Of a DNA stretch of 64,000 bases, positions 1 to 11,000 are shown piece after piece (positions within the stretch are counted from its first letter, which is position 1; each line of letters starts with the position of its first letter). A program made the translations under genes and the position numbers. Source of the stretch: Candidatus Hydrogenedentota bacterium (lineage in GTDB: Bacteria; Hydrogenedentota; Hydrogenedentia; Hydrogenedentales; SLHB01). A model generated the notes under the pieces. That model saw only the letters and a list, made by a program, of their open reading frames with translations. It was not told where the DNA came from and did no database searches. Location: NCBI GenBank assembly GCA_045863295.1, contig BTWA01000001.1:106677-170676 (forward strand), written 5' to 3'.

Positions 1-284
1 TATGGCGCCACAATGCCGGCCGCGCCGCCATCGAGTGCCATGCACGCGAGATTCGGGTTTGGCTCCGGAATCCGGACAATGGGAGGAATACCCAAACCGG
101 CAAACGAGCGGCACATCCACGAGAGTTTCTCGCGATCGATGGGAATGTGTTCCGTGTCGATAAATGCGAAATCCGCGCCGGTCCGCGCAATCATCTCGGG
201 CCATCCGGCCGCGGTGCTGGTGACCGCGGTGCCGTAAACCCGCCTACCGGCCCGCAATGCTTCGGCCAATTCCCTTCCGCGCAT
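1..284 (-). CDS. HpcH/HpaI aldolase/citrate lyase family protein (5' part; runs off the window edge)
   Basis: Manual translation from ATG 284: MRGRELAEALRAGRRVYGT...GADFAFIDTEHIP...PPIVRIP...ALDGGAAGIVAPY. The DxEH, VRIP and LDxGAxGI motifs are typical of HpcH. Not in the ORF track because it has no stop in the window. Confidence 0.85.
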   Translation of the reverse strand, partial: MRGRELAEALRAGRRVYGTAVTSTAAGWPEMIARTGADFAFIDTEHIPIDREKLSWMCRSFAGLGIPPIVRIPEPNPNLACMALDGGAAGIVAP

Positions 285-449
285 GGTATTGATCCTTTCC
301 GCCCAATTCGCGTTGATGCGCCCGCCGGATCAGAGTAGCAAACCCCGGCGCCATGACCCAAGCAAACGGTGTGGGAATGCAAACAAAAAGCGGCTCCGCG
401 TCCCGGATAACCGGTCGCGGAGCCGCGTGGATTGCCTATTGTGAGGCCG

Positions 450-2141
450 TCAGCGCGGGCGGGCTTCTTCGCCAGCTGGCGGGGCCGCGACAGGCGCCGC
501 TGGAGCCGCCGGCGGGGCTGCGCCGGGAGCAGCCCCGGGCTGATTCTGCATGTTCTGTTGGTCGGTTTGGAATCGCATCTTGGCGAGTTCCGCGTCTTCG
601 ACCTTGGTTGCGGAATCCTTGATGAGCTGTTCCTTTTGCTGTGTTTGCGGACCCGCGTCATCGGGCACCACGGATACAATGGCGGGAATGCTGCTGTAGG
701 CGGCAATCGCCTCATCAAAGCGGTTTTCCTCGACCATCGTATCTCCCTGGTCGATCTGATCTTCAGCGGCATTAAGCACGTCGTTGATGATGTCGGTAAT
801 ATTCCGCTTGCTGGACTCGATGCCGTCCTGTGCGGCCAGATGCTGTTCCTCGAATTCGTCGCCGACGGATTCAAAGACGAGCACAGCCTTGTTATACAGC
901 GCAATGGACTCTGCGTACTGTGCATTCACCTTCCGGTCTTCGGCCTCACGCATCACGCTCTCGGCGGCGGCGACTGTGCGCAATGCAACTTGAAGGCGTT
1001 CATTCCGTTCGGCAATCGCCACCTGGGTCTGATTGATCAGGCTGGCGGCTTCGTCGTTGGATCTGTCGATTTCCAGTGCCTGGGTAAAATTCCTAAGCGC
1101 TACTTCGAGCGCGTCTTTGGGCGCCTCTGGTTTTCCCGCCATGTCGAACGACTTCTTACCCGCGGTCAGATAGTGCCCCGCGAGTTTGCTGTTGATCCGG
1201 TTCCGCTCCGGACCCTCCGCATTGTCCAACGCGACCATCCAAATTTGGACACCTCGATCCTTGAGGTCGTCGCGAGAGTAGTTGTAGTAAACGTCGCCGA
1301 CTTTTTCAAAGGCATCGGCAATGCCCGGATTCGACTCGGCGAAGATACGATAGACGCGTTCGGCCTCTCGCGTATTGTGCTTTTCATTCAGGAGATGGCT
1401 GATCTCGTCCACGTAATACCAAGTAATGGCCTTGTCGGATGGAGCCGAGTGCGTGGGGTCGGCTTCGTTACGCAGCACGGTGTACCAGACATCGGAGATG
1501 GCCTGTACGGATTTCTGGAAAAAGAGTCCGGTGCCATTCTTGAGGTAGCCGTTATAATTCTTGCCCTGTTTGTAATCGGCGGCGATCAAATTGTGGGCTT
1601 CTTTGTAAGGGAGCAGGAGATCGTTGAAATACATGGGCACGTTTCGGACGTAATAGAGAGGTCTCGCCCGATCGTCGAAAACGATGGATTCGAGATTCTT
1701 ATCCACGTCGGCATTGATTCGTGCAAGCAATTCCTTGCTCGCGGCGGACTGATCGTAGGAGTAGGGAAACAAAACGTCCGAAACGATGCGGGCAAGCGTG
1801 CCCATACGAAAGGCGAAGTAACTTCCAACGCCTTCTTTGCGCACATAGCGCAAGAGCTGGATTTCGGCGCCGATGCTTCCAATGGCCTGGCTCACGTTCT
1901 CGGTCGGAGGAGGCGTACCAAGCCCTGCGGGCCCGATCAGGACTCCGCGGAGCACGTCGGTTTCGAAATTGGTTTCATTGTCGCGTGTCTTAAACGGGTC
2001 ACCGATTTGGCGGCGCACCACCTGAAACGACGTGCCAATGATGGCGCGTTGCGCGTCGGGTCCCCAGGCCCAGGCGGCATCGGAGATCAGCATGATTGCT
2101 GCCGCGCACAGCAGGACATAAGCAAGGTGTTTGGCGTTCAT
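450..2141 (-). CDS. Secreted TPR-repeat protein with a degenerate phospholipase C/P1-nuclease-like N-terminal domain
   Basis: Signal peptide ending AWA|WG. TPR-like helices (AFEKVGDVYY, FTQALEIDRSNDEA, FDEAIAAYS). Pro/Ala-rich tail. Confidence 0.65.
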   Translation of the reverse strand: MNAKHLAYVLLCAAAIMLISDAAWAWGPDAQRAIIGTSFQVVRRQIGDPFKTRDNETNFETDVLRGVLIGPAGLGTPPPTENVSQAIGSIGAEIQLLRYVRKEGVGSYFAFRMGTLARIVSDVLFPYSYDQSAASKELLARINADVDKNLESIVFDDRARPLYYVRNVPMYFNDLLLPYKEAHNLIAADYKQGKNYNGYLKNGTGLFFQKSVQAISDVWYTVLRNEADPTHSAPSDKAITWYYVDEISHLLNEKHNTREAERVYRIFAESNPGIADAFEKVGDVYYNYSRDDLKDRGVQIWMVALDNAEGPERNRINSKLAGHYLTAGKKSFDMAGKPEAPKDALEVALRNFTQALEIDRSNDEAASLINQTQVAIAERNERLQVALRTVAAAESVMREAEDRKVNAQYAESIALYNKAVLVFESVGDEFEEQHLAAQDGIESSKRNITDIINDVLNAAEDQIDQGDTMVEENRFDEAIAAYSSIPAIVSVVPDDAGPQTQQKEQLIKDSATKVEDAELAKMRFQTDQQNMQNQPGAAPGAAPPAAPAAPVAAPPAGEEARPR

Positions 2142-2250
2142 TCGTTACCTCGTTTGTGGCTTATCCGTCCACGGACAAGCACGTTCTAACACCGTCCGGC
2201 TTCACGCGAACGGGGATTGCCTCTACAAGTACCCGTATGTCCACCCGCCA

Positions 2251-3282
2251 TCAGAAATACAGGCCACTATACCATGGGTCATTCGGATAATACCGGTAGC
2301 GGGGAACAAACGGCGTTTCCGGCAACCGGTTGCTGCACCACGGCGGAATATTCAACAGCGGTTCATTCGTATATACGTTCAAACGCATCCAATCCGCGAG
2401 CAATTCGGTATACGGAGGCTTGTTCTGCGGGTTACGGTAGCGCACGAATTCCACGTGACCGTCTTTGTAAAGTACGTTGCCGCCGTATGGCAACTGATGA
2501 TTGGCATTGAATTCGCCGGCTATTGTAAACGTATCGAACAGCACGGGAATCTGCGATTCGGCTACCGCGCCCCGGGCCGGGTTGTTGGCATCGACCGAAA
2601 ACAACCGGTCCACACCGTCCCGCAACCGGAACAACATCGGCGCGCCGCCGGGGCCATGCGGCCCAGCCAGCGGGATGTTGTCCTGCATGAAGTCGACCGC
2701 GCCCCGGGCCATTAAATCGTCGAGGGCTTCAAACATGAACACGAAGTTCTCCTCGGTGACGGCCGCATAGGGAAGGTAGACATATTGTTGGCTGGTGACA
2801 CATTCCACGTCGGGATAGGTGCCGATAAACCGTTCGATGATGGCTGCGTTTCTGGGGTCGCTGGTCATGATGGGTTCGAGGTGCAATTGCCGCTCAAACG
2901 TCATGTCCAGATACCAATCCCGCTCGCCCTCGGCCATGCGTGCAGTATTGGCCGGGCATTCCATGAGGCGGAGATCCGGCAGGTAATCGGGATAAAGCAA
3001 ACGCAAATCGACGGCATAGTTGTTTCGCATCAACGGATTTAACGAATTCCATCCCCAATACGGATTGGGATGGCCGGGCGGGTATATGCTCTGGTTGTCG
3101 TGGGCGAACATTTGAAAGGCGATGGCCGCCTGCCGCATGTTGTTCTGGCAGTATGCCTTTCGCGCGGCCATGCGTGCGCGCGCCAACGCCGGCAATAGCA
3201 ATGCGGCGAGGATGGAGATGATAGTAATCACCACCAGCAATTCGATAAGACTGAAGCCGTGCCTGGATTTGGGGCGGATCAT
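2251..3282 (-). CDS. DUF1559-type prepilin N-terminal cleavage/methylation domain protein
   Basis: [31 protein letters not shown]...CQNNMRQ, plus C-terminal NH...[11 protein letters not shown]. Start moved to ATG 3282. Confidence 0.9.
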   Translation of the reverse strand: MIRPKSRHGFSLIELLVVITIISILAALLLPALARARMAARKAYCQNNMRQAAIAFQMFAHDNQSIYPPGHPNPYWGWNSLNPLMRNNYAVDLRLLYPDYLPDLRLMECPANTARMAEGERDWYLDMTFERQLHLEPIMTSDPRNAAIIERFIGTYPDVECVTSQQYVYLPYAAVTEENFVFMFEALDDLMARGAVDFMQDNIPLAGPHGPGGAPMLFRLRDGVDRLFSVDANNPARGAVAESQIPVLFDTFTIAGEFNANHQLPYGGNVLYKDGHVEFVRYRNPQNKPPYTELLADWMRLNVYTNEPLLNIPPWCSNRLPETPFVPRYRYYPNDPWYSGLYF

Positions 3283-3465
3283 GAGTGTCCTGTCAGAAGC
3301 CAGCGAGCCCACGGCGCTTCTTACCCCCCGCGTGACGCCGTCAACTAGGTCTAAATACGCGCGGTACAGTAGCATAAGAAGGGTGTGCGATCAACCGTTC
3401 ACCACGGCTTACCGGCCCTGGAAGGGTGGGTGAATTGGTACTCAATCCTGGAGTAGACTCTGCTC

Positions 3466-4449
3466 ATGTGGAATTTTAGCTTGGTCCTTATCAGCGTCTT
3501 GGCTGCTTCCGGCGAAGTTGCATTTCTAGCCGGCACCGAACAGGAAGATCGTTGCGTACACGTTCTTTCGGTCGAAACCGGCGAAGTGACACGGGTCGGC
3601 CTCGGCGAGCGCGATGGCGCACCCGTATGGTCGCCGGAGGGGGACCAGATTGCCTTCTCGGCACAATACCCAGACGGGCTGGGAATATATGTTATTCACT
3701 ATCCCGGCGGTACGCCTCAATTGGTTCCGGCAATAGGCACTTGGAACCAGTACCCGCGATGGTCTCCCGACGGTAGCAAGCTGGCGTTTCAAGTGGGAGG
3801 ACTGCTTGAGGCAAGTATTGAGGTTTTTGATGTAACTAAAAACGCGTCAGTTCGTTATGGCGGTGAAGCTAAAGGACTGATGCGACCGGTTTGGGAAGCC
3901 AACGACCGCTTGATAACCGTAGGAATTCGAGGGCTGCCCGACGAATTGACGTCTGGATTGACCTTGGTGACCGAAAACAATACCGAGAAGACCAATCGTT
4001 CCAGCGACGCCTATACGGTCTGGGCCGTTGAGCCCAGCGCACCGTTGGAAGCGGTTGCGTTTGAGAGCAACGACGGCGGCGATCGGGAAATCATTGTATA
4101 TACCGCCCGGTCCGGTGCGGTGGATGTATCCAATCATGCCGCAGCTGACCTGAATCCCGTGTGGTCACCGGATGGACAGTGGATCGCATTCGAGTCATTT
4201 CGGGGGGGCACGCGTGGCCTATACCAAGTGAAACCTGCGCAGTTACTGGTTAAGACTATTGCCGCCGACCCGGGATACAACAATTGGTCACCTTCCTGGT
4301 CGCCGGACATGACCCAAGTTGCCTTTATTACTGATCGCAGCGGCTCGCCGAAGTTGGCGATTGTCGACCTCGCCAGCGGCGAAACCCGGTTATTCGATGC
4401 CATTCCGGGCGATCACGCCGCGCCCGCCTGGAGGCCCAAGGGAAAATGA
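3466..4449 (+). CDS. TolB-like PD40/WD40 beta-propeller protein
   Basis: Repeated PxWSPDG motifs (PVWSPEG, PRWSPDG, PVWSPDG, PSWSPD); N-terminal signal. Confidence 0.85.
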   Translation: MWNFSLVLISVLAASGEVAFLAGTEQEDRCVHVLSVETGEVTRVGLGERDGAPVWSPEGDQIAFSAQYPDGLGIYVIHYPGGTPQLVPAIGTWNQYPRWSPDGSKLAFQVGGLLEASIEVFDVTKNASVRYGGEAKGLMRPVWEANDRLITVGIRGLPDELTSGLTLVTENNTEKTNRSSDAYTVWAVEPSAPLEAVAFESNDGGDREIIVYTARSGAVDVSNHAAADLNPVWSPDGQWIAFESFRGGTRGLYQVKPAQLLVKTIAADPGYNNWSPSWSPDMTQVAFITDRSGSPKLAIVDLASGETRLFDAIPGDHAAPAWRPKGK

Positions 4450-5471
4450 CGTCGCGTATAGGACTTGTGCTGATATTGGCGCTGCCGGCTGTGTGGGCAC
4501 GGTCGGCCGACGGGTTGTTGGACGTGGTGATCACGCCGAACAACGGCATGCCCGCCCTCGTAAAGCCGGGCGAAAGTTTTTCCATTACTTCGAAATCCGA
4601 GGCGACTTTCGCCATCCAAAACGATTTGGGCACGTATCCGGTTGCCGTCGAATGGGCACCGCTTCCGGGAGGCCGGTTCCGGGGCACGGCAACGGTGCCC
4701 GATGCGGCTGCGCCCGGCGCATATGCCATAACGGCCTCGACAGGCGACAAAAGCGATACGACGGTCCGATCGGTGTATGTCCTCTCGGAATTTCCGGAGA
4801 GCTATTCCGTCGCGCACGTATCGGACACGCACGTCGGATCGGGAAGGCACCCGCGCCCTTCCGAAGCGATTGTTCAGGATGTTTTCAACGCGGTTAATGC
4901 AACGGGGGCGGCGTTTTGTCTGGTCACGGGCGATGTGACGGAAAACGGAGAAGTGGAGCAGTACCAGAATTTCGTGAAGCTGCTTGACACGTGTACGCTC
5001 CCCACGTTTGTTGTCTCCGGCAACCACGATCGCAAGGCGCTTAACTACGAAAACTTTTTTGGACCGGATGCCTACTATTTTTGGTTTGGCAACGACGGAT
5101 ATCTTGGATTCGACACGAAGGATTTCATCGTTGCGGATGATCTCAGCCCGCAGGTGAATTTACTGTATCCCTACCGCCGCGCTATCAAACCGGCCCGTTG
5201 GGCGATTGGTTTTTCGCATCGCTACGAAGCCGATATGGGGATGAACGCGCAATTGACGTTGTTCGTGGACGACCCGCTCGATCATTTCTTCTTCGGCCAT
5301 TGGCACCGGGAAGCGCGCGCGCACGAAAAGGAAGTGCCCTGGAATGCGCCGGGAGGGGCTGTGCCCTACACGGTGACCCCCGCGGCTATTAACGGCGCCA
5401 TGCGCGTGTTCAAGGTAGATGCCAATGCCATTACACCGGAACCCACGCAGAAGGTGGCCGCGATCGAATAG
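4446..5471 (+). CDS. Secreted calcineurin-like metallophosphoesterase
   Basis: SDTH, TGDVT, GNHD, FSH and GHWH motifs. Signal peptide. ATGA overlap with the upstream gene. Confidence 0.9.
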   Translation: MTSRIGLVLILALPAVWARSADGLLDVVITPNNGMPALVKPGESFSITSKSEATFAIQNDLGTYPVAVEWAPLPGGRFRGTATVPDAAAPGAYAITASTGDKSDTTVRSVYVLSEFPESYSVAHVSDTHVGSGRHPRPSEAIVQDVFNAVNATGAAFCLVTGDVTENGEVEQYQNFVKLLDTCTLPTFVVSGNHDRKALNYENFFGPDAYYFWFGNDGYLGFDTKDFIVADDLSPQVNLLYPYRRAIKPARWAIGFSHRYEADMGMNAQLTLFVDDPLDHFFFGHWHREARAHEKEVPWNAPGGAVPYTVTPAAINGAMRVFKVDANAITPEPTQKVAAIE

Positions 5472-5496
5472 CGGCCGCGGCGCGCTCCACCCCGAA

Positions 5497-6228
5497 TTAT
5501 TCCGGTTCCGGCGCCAATACCAGTTCGCGTCTTAACAACAGGGTATCGCGCAGAGCCCAAGGGGCATAAGCGATCACAAAGAACACCACCATAAGCGCGG
5601 CGAGCACGCCCAGATACCAAGGCCACGGTCCGAAGTAATCCATAAGGCCTGCACCTGTGGGTTTGGCGCGCAGAAACAAATAGTTTACGTCGAGTCCGAC
5701 ATTTATCGGCGTGATGAGACCTGCGTAGATGACGGTCGCGACCATGGCCTTTGGGATGGATGCCCACGTGGGCCGATACCCGTATATAACCGCCATGTAC
5801 GCCGCGCCGTAAACGATGTATACATGGCCCGTGAAGTACAGCAGAAAGAAATAGTGTGGAAAATCATATTCGACCTCCGGCATCAGCATCCCCAGCACGG
5901 TGCCGATGAACCCCCAGAAATAAAGCACTTCGAATACAAGTCGCTTGTGCGCGATGAGCAGAACGATAGTTAGGATCGTGGATATGCCGCACAGGTGAAA
6001 CGGCAGCACTTCACGGGCCTCGTAGTCGGTAAGCCAGACATACAGAACGCGTTCGATTAAGTACTGAACAGCGATCAACACGGCGAAACTGATTTCAAAC
6101 CGGCGACACGCTTGTGGACCGGCAAAACGCTTCATGCCCCAGCACAAAAGAAACCCCACTAACGCGAGGACGAGCAACGTGCCCACGTGGGTCGAACTGA
6201 ACAGCGTGAACGGACGTTCGTTGTGCAT
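5497..6228 (-). CDS. YwaF/TIGR02206-family integral membrane protein
   Basis: FS.TH start, LPFHLC, NYLFL..KP and FGPWPWY motifs; multiple TM helices. Start at ATG 6228. Confidence 0.85.
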   Translation of the reverse strand: MHNERPFTLFSSTHVGTLLVLALVGFLLCWGMKRFAGPQACRRFEISFAVLIAVQYLIERVLYVWLTDYEAREVLPFHLCGISTILTIVLLIAHKRLVFEVLYFWGFIGTVLGMLMPEVEYDFPHYFFLLYFTGHVYIVYGAAYMAVIYGYRPTWASIPKAMVATVIYAGLITPINVGLDVNYLFLRAKPTGAGLMDYFGPWPWYLGVLAALMVVFFVIAYAPWALRDTLLLRRELVLAPEPE

Positions 6229-6280
6229 ATGACGTATTCCCCGTGAATGGCCAAGGCCAGGCTTTAGCAAACCGCCCTGT

Positions 6281-7684
6281 TTACCGATTCCGCGCGCGAA
6301 TCAAGAACGCCCAGTCCAACTTGTCCGGTTTTGTCAATACCAGTTTCCCAGTGGAATTGTGCCACACACCCCACTCACCGTTTCTGGGATTGTACGAACG
6401 CCACTCGTGCTCCACCTCTTGGACATCCACGGCCAACACGACCTCCTGTGGAGCGTCCCGCTTGATGAACACGGCATATTCATGCCCCGGGTTGGCAAGG
6501 CAATAAGCGCCCTCGGTAACCAGGTCATTATGCGGTTTCATCGCATCAAGAGTGATTAAATTCGCGTTAAAAAACCGGCTGGCATGGCCGAGCCAATCCC
6601 GTTTGATCATGCCCTTGTCGCCTTCGGGCACGTGCGGATCATATCCCATGATGCCGGTACGAACAGTCTCTTGATCGGCGTCCGCATGGAAGGCGTAGTG
6701 GCCTCCCCCCATGGCAAACGTCCAGATGGCCGTGCGCACCCCTTCGCCTTGGTACGGCGGTCCTTCCAGAAACAGATAAGGCCGGGCCGGTGTGCCCTTA
6801 AACCCGTTGACGGCCAGCGTGTTCTTCTCATCGCCGGCTACAGTGTCGCTGAACACCCAATCCACGGAATCACGGCGCGCGTTCCAGTCTACCCACACCG
6901 CGCCGCGCGACTTGAAGAAAGTCAGAAAATGGTCGCCGATGTTGCCTTCGGGATACGAATGCTCGTCCAGGAACACAAAGAAGACGTTGCCCAGTCCATT
7001 GAGTTGATTGATGTATTCGAGGGAGAGCCGTTCCCACACCCATTGCGTCTTGCGCGCCGGCGGCCAATCCTCTGACCATTCCATCTTGCAGACCTCATTT
7101 CCCGGCGACTCAATTCGCACGGCGTCCTTCACGTCGGTGAGGTGACCTCCGTTGTCCGCGTGCAATGGATGATAAGCGAAATCTTGCGAGTGCTTTGCCC
7201 ATCCCGTGAACACGGTAATGCCGACAATTATGCCTTTTTCTTCCGCGTATCGGCAGAGATCGCGCAGGCGCGGCCAATACCTGTCCAAGGAATCATTCGG
7301 ACCATCGTCAAACGTCCGCAGGTCCCACTGCGAAAGCTGATCGCGCGCCTGCGAGCCGTCATTTTTCCGTGCCCAAGGTGTAATGCCGGGATATACATAT
7401 CCCCACCGGTCTTCGATGTCCGACCCATCCTGCAATTGCCTGGGCGGCGTAAATGACCACACATGCACCATGGGAATGCCTCGGTCGTGGCAATCGTCGA
7501 CCCACGCGCGGTAGTCGAGGTTTGCATTTTGAGTGACGCACTGTGTACCGGAATCGCCAAATAGCATGAGCGTCCGGCCCTTGTACACGATGTAGTGCCC
7601 GCTTGGACTCACGGAAAGGCCTGAGGCGGAACAGGCGGCAGCAACCAGCATCGCGGTCGACAGCAAGGCGCCAGATGGCTTCAT
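6281..7684 (-). CDS. Secreted glycoside-hydrolase-like (DUF4038-like TIM barrel) protein with C-terminal putative collagen-binding domain
   Basis: Signal peptide MKPSGALLSTAMLVAAAC. N-terminal SPSGHY..Y.G...L.GD. C-terminal YCLANPG.EYAV...W..YNPRNG. The upstream ORF extension crosses the tRNA and is spurious. Confidence 0.65.
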   Translation of the reverse strand: MKPSGALLSTAMLVAAACSASGLSVSPSGHYIVYKGRTLMLFGDSGTQCVTQNANLDYRAWVDDCHDRGIPMVHVWSFTPPRQLQDGSDIEDRWGYVYPGITPWARKNDGSQARDQLSQWDLRTFDDGPNDSLDRYWPRLRDLCRYAEEKGIIVGITVFTGWAKHSQDFAYHPLHADNGGHLTDVKDAVRIESPGNEVCKMEWSEDWPPARKTQWVWERLSLEYINQLNGLGNVFFVFLDEHSYPEGNIGDHFLTFFKSRGAVWVDWNARRDSVDWVFSDTVAGDEKNTLAVNGFKGTPARPYLFLEGPPYQGEGVRTAIWTFAMGGGHYAFHADADQETVRTGIMGYDPHVPEGDKGMIKRDWLGHASRFFNANLITLDAMKPHNDLVTEGAYCLANPGHEYAVFIKRDAPQEVVLAVDVQEVEHEWRSYNPRNGEWGVWHNSTGKLVLTKPDKLDWAFLIRARNR

Positions 7685-7767
7685 TGCAGGCCTCCCCCGG
7701 CATGTGAATTTGATCAATCTGTTGACGTCACCGCTGCGACTTCGAGATTTGGGCCGGAAAGACGGAA

Positions 7768-7843
7768 TGGTGAACGGGGTGGGGATCGAACCCACGACCT
7801 CCGGATTAAAAGTCCGATGCTCTACCAACTGAGCTACCCGTTC
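7768..7843 (-). tRNA. tRNA-Lys (anticodon UUU)
   Basis: GAACGGGTAGCTCAGTTGGTAGAGCATCGGAC-TTT-TAATCCGGAGGTCGTGGGTTCGATCCCCACCCCGTTCACCA. 76 nt, complete cloverleaf, encoded CCA. Confidence 0.97.
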
Positions 7844-7906
7844 ACGAAAACGAGGCAAACTAAAAGCGAGCCCTTGACGGGCTCGCGTCCGTTTTTTGCG
7901 GTCAGA

Positions 7907-7936
7907 AGTGTATCGAATGGCTGTAAGACAAGTCAA
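7907..7936 (-). promoter_or_regulatory. Putative sigma70 promoter for tRNA-Lys
   Basis: TTGACT-N18-TACACT on the minus strand, about 60 nt upstream of the tRNA. Confidence 0.5.
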
Positions 7937-8094
7937 GAAAAGTACCGGAATTTGGCAGCGAAACGGTGACAATTGAGCGTGGTGTGGATAAACGCCACTG
8001 AATTTGCTCGATTTACGGAACGTGGAACACAAGGTCAAGCAGAATCACAACGCGCGGGCGAGGCAATCCAAGCCAAAAGTGGTAAACTGAATTC

Positions 8095-11000
8095 ATGGAC
8101 GTGCGCCCCCCAACGAAAATCCCACGATCGCCGCTACGCAAGTGGTTGTGGCCAGTTGTCGCTCTTGGAATCCTTGTCATTGTAATCAAAGGCGGCGAAT
8201 GGGCCATGGGCGCCGATCGGTATCGTCCGTTGTTGGAAGAGCGCCTCACCCGGTGGACCGGGCAACCTGCCTCAATAGCGCGCTTGGACATTGATCTTCT
8301 GCCAATCCCGACGCTGACCGCTTCCTCCGTATCGCTGGGAAGCGGAGATTTTCGTGCCGAATCCCCCATGGTATCCGCCCGCATTGACCTGACGGCGTTG
8401 GCGCGTGGCATTCTGGATATTTCCCGGATCCACGTCTACGACTTGATAGTTGTTCTACCGGAAAAGCCTGCAGACGCCGCGGAAAAACTAAAGACCCTTG
8501 GCCCGGAAAAGCAGTCCCAGCCGCAAGGACAATCGCCTTTCGACGTGACTCTGACTCGCATCGAGGCCGATGCTGCGAAACTCTTTCTTGGCCAACAGGC
8601 AAAAGAGCCGGTGCTTGTGGCCGAAGTCGCGGTGGAGAACGTGCTCGAACCTGCAATTTTCATCCACGGAGATGGCGCGCTAATCGGATATGGGGAAGGC
8701 GCGAGGATTCGCACGGATCTTCAAATCGATACGAAGGCCGGTGGCGAAATCAAGGTTGGGGTGAGCGGTACTTTCTCCATAGACCGGATCGACACAGGCA
8801 TGCTGTTACCTGATTCGCCGGCGCCGGCGCTGGTGGCGAACATGTATGGAACCATTGAGCGAACGGGCCCGGCGTTGGTGGCGCTCACCATTGGCGGTTC
8901 CGCGGCTCCGGTTCAAAAGGATCCACGCCTCGATGCATTGTCCGGAGCTTTTGAAGGCGCAAAGGCGTGGTGGGACAATGGCGACATCATTGTCAATGAT
9001 TTTCACTGGGCATCGCCTGGCATGGACGCCGTGTCGGATATTACGGTGGGTATCGATCAGAATACGTCCGTGCTTGTGAACACGTTCTCCATGAATGCGG
9101 CAGGCATTGAAGCCGTACTTTCTGCAAATCCGCCGGGCAATTTCACGGTCACCGCCGATCCCGGGGCGGTTTTTACCGCACGGGACATCACCTTCGACAT
9201 CGACCCCTCGCGTCATTTAATCCTCGGATCCGGTACGGGAGAGTTCTCGGGCATCCATTTGGCCATCGACGATGGTGCCCGGGCCTTCAGCGATATCCAT
9301 GGAAGGCTGTCGGTTGCCAATCGGTCACTTGTGATCGAAAATCTCGTGAGCGAGGGGTTTACGATAAGCGGTACGGTTACACCCGACTTTGCTGACCAGT
9401 CCTACGGCCTTGACCTGAAGGGCGAACTCGTATTGACACGAGAGCGGGTCTTGGGCTTTGTCGATGCCAACGGACTCAGCGAGGCGCAGGGTACGCTGCG
9501 GGTGTCGCGGTTTACGGCCTCTGTCGTTTCCGGTGAAGGGGCGCCAAATGACTTGCGGATCGAAGGGGACATTTCCGGGGGCGTGCTGGGTTTCGATACA
9601 GAGGGTTGGAAGGATCGGCTTACTCAAATAGAAGGCACGTTCGCAGCCGAGGCGGATTCGGTGGCCACGCAACTTGCGGCCAAGTCCCAACAGCTTGGGG
9701 ATGTGTCGGTCAAAGGCAGCTACCTGATTGAACAAAAGAGATGGGACGGCACGGTATCTGGCGACCTCACAGCGGTAAAGGTGTCGTTTGGCGAAAGCGA
9801 TGCCGCGAAGAAAATCACGCCTGACGTGCTTAGGGCATTTGGTTCGTCTACGTTTCACACGATTGTGACGTTACCTGAATCCGAGAATGGCCCCATTACC
9901 CTTGAGGCGGCGCGTAGTGGTGTGCCGCGTCTCAATGCCGATATCACATGGTCGTATCTCGACGATGCGTATGGCTTGGGCGAACTTAGTCTGGACGCTG
10001 ACCTCCCGGCGGATGCCGTCCGGAGCGTGTTACCCGAGAGTCTTATTGCGAGCGGCCCGGTGGCTGTGCAAGTTGATGCGCAGGTGACACAGGAGACCCT
10101 GGCGGCAACAGTTGATATGACGGAGGCCAGCCTCGAGATAGGATCTGATTTTCAAAAGGAGACCGGCACGCCGGCAGTCCTGCATTTAACCGGCACATCC
10201 GGGGCGGGCCAGTGGGCAGCCGATACGCTCACCCTTGATCTCGATGGGCAGACGATCTCGGGCCGGATGGAAAAAGATCGGTTTGTATCCGACGATATCC
10301 ACGTCGACCTCTCTGGATTGAACAGCCTGCTCAGGGATGGACGCAAGACATCGGGCACAATCTCCGGGCGCTTTACTTCCGCACCAGCCACTGCCGACTT
10401 GACCCTGTCCAACGCGCACCTCGATTGGTCACAGGATGTGGGTCTAGGTCCTGTAAACGGTCGCATTGTATTGGGTGAGAACGGAGTGGCTTTTCACAGT
10501 CTTGTGGTACACGGCGCTAATTCCGATTGCGAACTGAACGGCGAAGAACGCGCCGGCGCTTGGTCGGGATCGCTGCAGGGCGACCAGCTTGACCTCAATG
10601 CCATCGAAGCCTTGTACACGGCAATTACGAAACTGACCGTCGAATCCGAAGAGACAGCGGAAACCGCGACCACAAAGCCAGCCTCACCGCCGAAGCGCGG
10701 TTCCTTTACGGTTAACCTCGGCAGAGTTCTCTATCGCCGGGCTCAATTCACCGACGCAAGCGCGACCGTGCGATTCGACGAAAAGGGATTTCACATAGAC
10801 AAGCTCTCCGCGGTTCCCGGCTCGGGTTCATTGCACGGCAACGTGGATTTCTCAAGAGGAACCAAGGGAGCACCGGGCCAAATCCGTACAGTCGTCTCCC
10901 TCGACCACGTGGATGCCCGGACGCTGGATGGCCTCGCCTTTGCCGAGTCGAGGGACATCGCGGGACAATTGACCGGCAGTATAGATCTGGTGATGCCGGC

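Noticed and set aside
432..2189. 585-aa plus-strand ORF
   Set aside because: Antisense shadow of the TPR gene; no recognisable motifs.
7768..7790. tRNA 3' end as an integration (att) site
   Set aside because: No duplicate of the 3' end, integrase or compositional shift seen.
7685..8038. N-terminal extension of ORF 6281..8038
   Set aside because: It reads through the tRNA-Lys gene; the signal peptide starts at 7684.
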